Source of the DNA: a virus
Lineage: Duplodnaviria; Heunggongvirae; Uroviricota; Caudoviricetes
Strand: one strand, 5' to 3'
Virus record (IMG/VR): IMGVR_UViG_647533159_000006
Length of the DNA: 32,030 nucleotides
Below the pieces are notes generated by a model that saw nothing but the letters and a program-made list of their open reading frames with translations, had not been told where the DNA came from and did not search any database. The translations under genes and the position numbers were made by a program. This document shows positions 26,495 to 32,030 of this stretch, piece after piece; within the stretch, counting starts at the first letter, position 1, and each line of letters begins with the position of its first letter.

Positions 26495-28934
26495 CAATGT
26501 AAAATTACAGGTATTGCTCAGGGCTGTTGACCAGGCATCCCGCCCGTTTAAATCCATCCGCACAGCGAGCAAATCGCTGTCGGGGGATATCCGGGAAACA
26601 CAAAAATCACTGCGAGAGCTGAACGGTCAGGCATCCCGTATTGAGGGATTTCGCAAGACAAGTGCACAGCTCGCCGTGACTGGTCATGCACTTGAAAAGG
26701 CTCGGCAGGAAGCCGAAGCCCTTGCCACACAGTTTAAAAACACCGAACGTCCGACCCGTGCTCAGGCGAAAGTGCTGGAGTCCGCGAAGCGTGCGGCGGA
26801 GGACTTACAGGCGAAATATAACCGCCTGACGGATTCCGTTAAACGCCAGCAGCGGGAACTGGCCGTTGTGGGAATTAATACCCGCAATCTTGCACGTGAT
26901 GAGCAGGGACTGAAAAACCGTATCAGTGAAACCACCGCACAGCTTAACCGTCAGCGTGACGCGCTGGCGCGTGTCAGTGCGCAACAGGCAAAACTTAACG
27001 CAGTAAAACAGCGTTATCAGGCAGGCAAGGAACTGGCCGGAAATATGGCCTCAGTGGGCGCTGCCGGTGTGGGGATTGCGGCGGCGGGAACGATGGCCGG
27101 AGTTAAGTTGCTGACGCCCGGTTATGAGTTTGCGCAGAAAAACTCAGAATTGCAGGCCGTGCTCGGTGTGGCAAAAGATTCCGCCGAAATGGCCGCGCTC
27201 CGCAAGCAGGCGCGCCAGCTCGGCGATAATACCGCCGCCTCGGCGGATGATGCAGCCGGTGCGCAGATTATCATTGCGAAAGCGGGTGGAGATGTTGATG
27301 CCATTCAGGCGGCAACGCCGGTCACGCTGAATATGGCGCTGGCGAACCGTCGCACGATGGAAGAAAACGCCGCCCTGCTGATGGGGATGAAATCCGCCTT
27401 TCAGCTTTCAAACGATAAGGTCGCTCATATCGGGGATGTTCTCTCCATGACGATGAACAAAACCGCCGCCGATTTTGACGGCATGAGCGATGCGCTGACC
27501 TATGCCGCACCTGTGGCAAAAAATGCCGGTGTCAGCATTGAAGAAACCGCCGCAATGGTCGGGGCGCTGCATGATGCAAAAATCACAGGCTCAATGGCGG
27601 GAACGGGAAGCCGTGCCGTGTTAAGCCGCCTGCAGGCACCGACGGGAAAAGCATGGGATGCACTCAAAGAGCTTGGTGTGAAAACCTCAGACAGTAAGGG
27701 AAACACCCGACCAGTATTTACCATTCTGAAAGAAATGCAGGCCAGCTTTGAGAAAAACCGGCTCGGTACTGCCCAGCAGGCTGAATACATGAAAACCATT
27801 TTCGGGGAGGAGGCCAGTTCAGCCGCCGCCGTGCTGATGACTGCCGCCTCAACCGGAAAGCTGGACAAACTGACCGCTGCGTTTAAAGCCTCAGACGGAA
27901 AGACCGCAGAGCTGGTAAATATCATGCAGGACAACCTCGGCGGTGACTTTAAGGAGTTTCAGTCCGCTTATGAGGCGGTGGGGACTGACCTGTTTGACCA
28001 GCAGGAAGGCGCACTGCGTAAGCTCACGCAGACGGCCACAAAGTATGTGTTAAAACTCGACGGCTGGATCCAGAAAAACAAATCACTGGCGTCAACCATC
28101 GGCCTTATTGTCGGTGGTGCACTGGCGCTTACTGGCATCATCGGTGCAATTGGTCTTGTAGCCTGGCCGGTTATCACCGGCATTAATGCCATCATCGCGG
28201 CAGCAGGCGCAATGGGGGCAATCTTCACGACGGTTGGCAGTGCTGTTATGACGGCCATCGGGGCGATTAGCTGGCCGATTGTGGCTGTGGTGGCCGCCAT
28301 TGTCGCCGGGGCGTTGCTTATCCGTAAATACTGGGAGCCTGTCAGCGCATTCTTTGGCGGTGTGGTTGAAGGGCTGAAAGCAGCATTTGCGCCAGTGGGG
28401 GAACTGTTCACGCCACTTAAGCCGGTGTTTGACTGGCTGGGTGAAAAGTTACAGGCCGCGTGGCAGTGGTTTAAAAACCTGATTGCCCCGGTCAAAGCTA
28501 CCCAGGACACCCTGAACCGTTGCCGTGACACGGGCGTCATGTTCGGGCAGGCACTGGCTGACGCGCTGATGCTGCCGCTTAATGCGTTCAACAAACTGCG
28601 CAGTGGTATTGACTGGGTACTGGAAAAACTCGGTGTTATCAACAAAGAGTCAGACACACTTGACCAGACCGCCGCCAGAACTCAAGCCGCCACGTATGGC
28701 AGCGGTGGTTATATTCCGGCGACCAGCTCTTATGCAGGTTATCAGGCTTATCAGCCGGTCACGGCACCGGCTGGCCGCTCTTATGTGGACCAGAGTAAAA
28801 ACGAATATCACATCAGCCTGACGGGTGGTACTGCACCGGGGACACAGCTTGACCGCCAGTTACAGGATGCGCTCGAAAAATACGAGCGGGATAAACGTGC
28901 GCGCGCCCGTGCCAGCATGATGCATGACGGTTAA
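26487..28934 (+). CDS. T: Tail tape measure protein
   Basis: 815 aa (P2 gpT length), coiled-coil N-terminus and Gly/Ala-rich hydrophobic stretches. Confidence 0.85.
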   Translation: MSNNVKLQVLLRAVDQASRPFKSIRTASKSLSGDIRETQKSLRELNGQASRIEGFRKTSAQLAVTGHALEKARQEAEALATQFKNTERPTRAQAKVLESAKRAAEDLQAKYNRLTDSVKRQQRELAVVGINTRNLARDEQGLKNRISETTAQLNRQRDALARVSAQQAKLNAVKQRYQAGKELAGNMASVGAAGVGIAAAGTMAGVKLLTPGYEFAQKNSELQAVLGVAKDSAEMAALRKQARQLGDNTAASADDAAGAQIIIAKAGGDVDAIQAATPVTLNMALANRRTMEENAALLMGMKSAFQLSNDKVAHIGDVLSMTMNKTAADFDGMSDALTYAAPVAKNAGVSIEETAAMVGALHDAKITGSMAGTGSRAVLSRLQAPTGKAWDALKELGVKTSDSKGNTRPVFTILKEMQASFEKNRLGTAQQAEYMKTIFGEEASSAAAVLMTAASTGKLDKLTAAFKASDGKTAELVNIMQDNLGGDFKEFQSAYEAVGTDLFDQQEGALRKLTQTATKYVLKLDGWIQKNKSLASTIGLIVGGALALTGIIGAIGLVAWPVITGINAIIAAAGAMGAIFTTVGSAVMTAIGAISWPIVAVVAAIVAGALLIRKYWEPVSAFFGGVVEGLKAAFAPVGELFTPLKPVFDWLGEKLQAAWQWFKNLIAPVKATQDTLNRCRDTGVMFGQALADALMLPLNAFNKLRSGIDWVLEKLGVINKESDTLDQTAARTQAATYGSGGYIPATSSYAGYQAYQPVTAPAGRSYVDQSKNEYHISLTGGTAPGTQLDRQLQDALEKYERDKRARARASMMHDG

Positions 28935-28948
28935 GGAGGTGACGAAAA

Positions 28949-29428
28949 ATGATGCTCGCGTTAGGTATGTTTGTTTTTATGCGCCAGACGCTGCCACACC
29001 AGACCATGCAGCGTGAATCAGATTATCGCTGGCCGTCAAATTCCCGTATCGGTAAACGGGATGCCTACCAGTTTCTCGGCGTTGGTGAGGAAAACATGAC
29101 GCTTGCCGGTGTGCTTTATCCCGAACTGACCGGCGGCAAGCTGACGATGACCACGCTCAGACTGATGGCAGAGGAAGGCCGGGCGTGGCCGTTGCTGGAT
29201 GGCACAGGCATGATTTACGGCATGTATGTCATCAGCAGGGTGAGTGAAACAGGGAGTATTTTCTTTGCAGACGGCACACCCCGGAAAATTGATTTTACGC
29301 TGTCACTCACCCGCGTGGATGAATCACTGGCCGCGCTTTATGGCGATATCGGTAAACAGGCAGAATCGCTCATCGGTAAGGATGGCAGTATGGCGACTAA
29401 ATTCACGGGGATGACGGGGGCGGAATAA
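28949..29428 (+). CDS. U: Tail protein U
   Basis: 159 aa, P2 U position. Confidence 0.75.
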   Translation: MMLALGMFVFMRQTLPHQTMQRESDYRWPSNSRIGKRDAYQFLGVGEENMTLAGVLYPELTGGKLTMTTLRLMAEEGRAWPLLDGTGMIYGMYVISRVSETGSIFFADGTPRKIDFTLSLTRVDESLAALYGDIGKQAESLIGKDGSMATKFTGMTGAE

Positions 29429-30591
29429 TGCTGGATGCGCTGACATTTGATGCAGGCAGTACGCTGACGCCGGATTACATGCTGATGCTCGACAGCAGGG
29501 ATATTACCGGCAATATCAGCGACCGTCTGATGAGCATGACCCTGACGGATAACCGGGGCTTTGAGGCTGACCAGCTTGATATTGAACTGAACGATGCCGA
29601 CGGGCAGGTCGGGCTGCCGGTTCGTGGCGCTGTCCTGACGGTGTATATCGGCTGGAAAGGTTTTGCCCTGGTATGCAAAGGGAAATTTACCGTTGATGAG
29701 GTTGAACACCGGGGCGCGCCGGATGTGGTTACCATCCGCGCCCGGAGTGCAGATTTTCGCGGGACGCTCAATTCCCGCCGGGAAGGCTCCTGGCATGACA
29801 CCACACTCGGTGCGATTGTTGAGGCGATAGCCTCCCGTAACAGGCTGGAAGCCAGTGTCGCTCCGTCACTGGCCGGAATTAAAATTCCGCACATCGACCA
29901 GTCGCAGGAGTCTGATGCGAAATTCCTGACCCGCCTTGCTGAACGCAACGGCGGTGAGGTGTCGGTAAAAATGGGAAAACTGCTGTTTCTCAAAGTGGGG
30001 CAGGGGGTGACGGCCAGCGGTAAAAAAATCCCGCAGATTACCATCACCCGCAGCGACGGCGACCGTCATCATTTTGCGATTGCTGACCGTGGAGCTTACA
30101 CCGGCGTAACGGCAAAGTGGTTACACACCAAAGACCCGAAGCCGCAAAAGCAGAAGGTAAAACTGAAACGCAAAAAGAAAGAGAAACACCTGCGCGCACT
30201 GGAGCACCCGAAAGCGAAACCGGTCACGCAGAAGAAAGCGCCAAAAGCACCGGAAGCGCGCGAAGGTGAATACATGGCAGGTGAAGCTGACAACGTTTTT
30301 GCCCTGACCACGGTATATGCCACAAAAGCGCAGGCCATGCGTGCCGCTCAGGCGAAGTGGGATAAACTGCAACGGGGCGTTGCGGAGTTCTCCATCATCC
30401 TGGCTACCGGTCGTGCAGATATTTACACGGAAACGCCGGTCAAAGTGTCAGGTTTTAAGCGCGTCATAGACGAGCAGGACTGGACAATCACTAAGGTGAC
30501 ACACTTTCTGAATAATTCCGGCTTCACGACGTCCTTAGAGCTTGAGGTCAGGCTTTCTGATGTGGAGTATGAAACAGAAGATGATGAGTGA
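29428..30591 (+). CDS. D: Tail protein D (late control gene D)
   Basis: 387 aa, P2 D position, precedes ogr. Confidence 0.8.
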   Translation: MLDALTFDAGSTLTPDYMLMLDSRDITGNISDRLMSMTLTDNRGFEADQLDIELNDADGQVGLPVRGAVLTVYIGWKGFALVCKGKFTVDEVEHRGAPDVVTIRARSADFRGTLNSRREGSWHDTTLGAIVEAIASRNRLEASVAPSLAGIKIPHIDQSQESDAKFLTRLAERNGGEVSVKMGKLLFLKVGQGVTASGKKIPQITITRSDGDRHHFAIADRGAYTGVTAKWLHTKDPKPQKQKVKLKRKKKEKHLRALEHPKAKPVTQKKAPKAPEAREGEYMAGEADNVFALTTVYATKAQAMRAAQAKWDKLQRGVAEFSIILATGRADIYTETPVKVSGFKRVIDEQDWTITKVTHFLNNSGFTTSLELEVRLSDVEYETEDDE

Positions 30592-30672
30592 TATTTTTAT
30601 TTTATCTATTTGTTTTATAAGGATAAATTAACTAAAATGGCACCATTAACAAAACCGGAAGAGGTGCTCGCG

Positions 30673-30891
30673 ATGTTTCATTGTCCTTTATGCCAGCATG
30701 CCGCACATGCGCGTACAAGTCGCTATATCACTGACACGACAAAAGAGCGTTATCACCAGTGTCAGAACGTGAATTGCAGCGCCACGTTCATCACTTATGA
30801 GTCGGTACAGCGATACATCGTGAAGCCGGGAGAAGTCCACGCCGTGAGGCCGCACCCGTTGCCGTCAGGGCAGCAAATTATGTGGATGTGA
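30673..30891 (+). CDS. ogr: Late gene transcriptional activator Ogr (zinc finger)
   Basis: 72 aa from the ATG at 30673 (MFHCPLCQHAAHARTSRYI...CQNVNC...): Ogr/Delta-type C4 zinc finger; track ORF extends to a TTG at 30610. Confidence 0.85.
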   Translation: MFHCPLCQHAAHARTSRYITDTTKERYHQCQNVNCSATFITYESVQRYIVKPGEVHAVRPHPLPSGQQIMWM

Positions 30892-30901
30892 TCACAAAAA
30901 T

Positions 30902-30929
30902 AGCCCCTCAGTTGAGGGGCTTTATTTAT
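30902..30929 (+). terminator. Rho-independent terminator after ogr
   Basis: agcccctc-agtt-gaggggct hairpin followed by a T-rich tract (tttatttat). Confidence 0.7.
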
Positions 30930-30934
30930 GGTCG

Positions 30935-30954
30935 ATGTGGACGCTATGTGGACA
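30935..30954. promoter_or_regulatory. Direct repeats atgtggac (x2, 11-bp spacing), candidate integrase arm-type binding sites in the attachment region
   Basis: atgtggac at 30935..30942 and 30946..30953, between ogr and the host gene; resembles the TGTGGACA-type arm sites I recall for P2 Int (recollection, not verified). Confidence 0.35.
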
Positions 30955-31019
30955 GTGCTTGATATAAATCCATTTATATCATCAGGTTAGGTGCTTTTTT
31001 GTGACACCATCCCTGTCTT

Positions 31020-31046
31020 CCCCCACATGATGTGGGGGTTTTTTTT
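31020..31046 (+). terminator. Rho-independent terminator-like hairpin upstream of fieF
   Basis: cccccaca-tga-tgtggggg followed by ttttttt. Confidence 0.6.
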
Positions 31047-31127
31047 ATCCTCAATTTGCCTGCTGCTTAATGCATTGCAGATGATTTGCTTCCGTTATAC
31101 TAGCGTCAGTTGATAGCGGGAGTATTT

Positions 31128-32030
31128 ATGAATCAATCTTATGGACGGCTGGTCAGTCGGGCGGCGATTGCTGCGACGGCGATGGCTTCGCTGCTATTGC
31201 TGATTAAAATTTTTGCATGGTGGTATACCGGGTCGGTGAGTATTCTCGCCGCGCTGGTGGATTCGCTGGTGGATATCGGTGCGTCGTTGACGAATTTATT
31301 GGTGGTGCGATATTCCCTGCAACCTGCCGACGATAATCACTCGTTTGGTCACGGTAAAGCTGAGTCCCTCGCGGCGCTGGCGCAAAGTATGTTTATCTCC
31401 GGTTCGGCACTATTCCTGTTTTTGACAGGTATTCAACATCTGATATCTCCAACACCGATGACAGATCCAGGCGTCGGGGTTATCGTGACAATTGTGGCGC
31501 TAATTTGTACGATTATCCTTGTCTCGTTTCAGCGTTGGGTGGTGCGCCGGACGCAAAGCCAGGCGGTGCGGGCTGATATGCTACATTACCAGTCTGATGT
31601 TATGATGAACGGCGCAATTCTGCTCGCGCTGGGGTTGTCCTGGTACGGCTGGCATCGCGCCGATGCTCTGTTTGCATTGGGAATCGGCATCTATATTTTA
31701 TATAGCGCGTTACGCATGGGATATGAGGCGGTACAGTCATTACTGGATCGCGCATTACCTGATGAGGAACGGCAAGAAATTATTGATATCGTGACTTCCT
31801 GGCCGGGTGTTAGCGGCGCTCACGATCTTCGCACGCGGCAGTCAGGGCCGACCCGCTTTATTCAGATTCATTTGGAAATGGAAGACTCTCTGCCTTTGGT
31901 TCAGGCACATATGGTGGCGGATCAGGTAGAGCAGGCTATTTTACGGCGTTTTCCGGGATCGGATGTGATTATCCATCAGGACCCCTGTTCCGTCGTACCC
32001 AGGGAGGGTAAACGGTCTATGCTTTCATAA
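31128..32030 (+). CDS. fieF: Cation-diffusion facilitator family Fe/Zn efflux transporter (host gene)
   Basis: 300 aa from the ATG at 31128 ([49 protein letters not shown]...): CDF transporter transmembrane domain; I recognise this as enterobacterial FieF/YiiP. Confidence 0.85.

Larger units (their letters stand above)
1..31050. mobile_element. P2-family temperate prophage (near complete; left attachment site lies outside the window)
   Basis: Contiguous P2 gene order from int to ogr with P2-like protein lengths (A 761 aa, Q 344, P 590, O 284, N 357, T 815, FI 396), a P2-type cos 19-mer, and a host gene (fieF) immediately after ogr. Confidence 0.9.

Noticed and set aside
27968-28657. 229-aa minus-strand ORF
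   Set aside because: Antisense inside the tape measure gene T; low-complexity Ala/Ser/Pro-rich translation and no independent start or regulatory context.
29475-30047. 190-aa minus-strand ORF
   Set aside because: Antisense within tail gene D, whose product fits the P2 synteny; no independent support.
1-32030. tRNA genes, CRISPR arrays or IS elements
   Set aside because: No cloverleaf-like tRNA sequence, no regularly spaced short repeats, and no transposase ORF or terminal inverted repeats were seen; the only recombinases are the integrase and the Hin-type invertase.

Overview
The window is essentially one complete P2-family (Peduovirus-like) prophage of enterobacterial type, running from the integrase stop codon at position 1 to ogr at 30891, followed by the host gene fieF (31128..32030). 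Gene order and protein lengths match the P2 plan: int-C-cox-(orf78)-B-orf80-83-A | accessory cargo | cos | Q-P (minus strand) | O-N-M-L-X-Y-K-lysA-lysB/lysC-R-S-V-W-J-I-H | invertible tail-fibre segment + Hin-family invertase | FI-FII-E/E'-T-U-D-ogr. Two regions depart from canonical P2. (1) The slot between replication gene A and cos, where P2 carries tin/old, holds a visibly AT-rich cargo: a C5-cytosine methyltransferase on the plus strand, converging on a two-gene minus-strand operon encoding a DUF262 (ParB/Srx-like) protein and a small protein with an Rx4H HEPN-like motif. This is the best candidate for an undescribed or poorly characterised anti-phage system in the window. (2) The 3' end of tail-fibre gene H is bounded by a pair of 26-bp hix/gix/cix-like inverted repeats with a Hin/Gin-family invertase immediately downstream, and the 553-nt run of N sits inside this invertible segment. 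All calls are from reading the sequence and the supplied ORF translations; no database search or computation was run, and family assignments rest on recognised motifs and P2 synteny.
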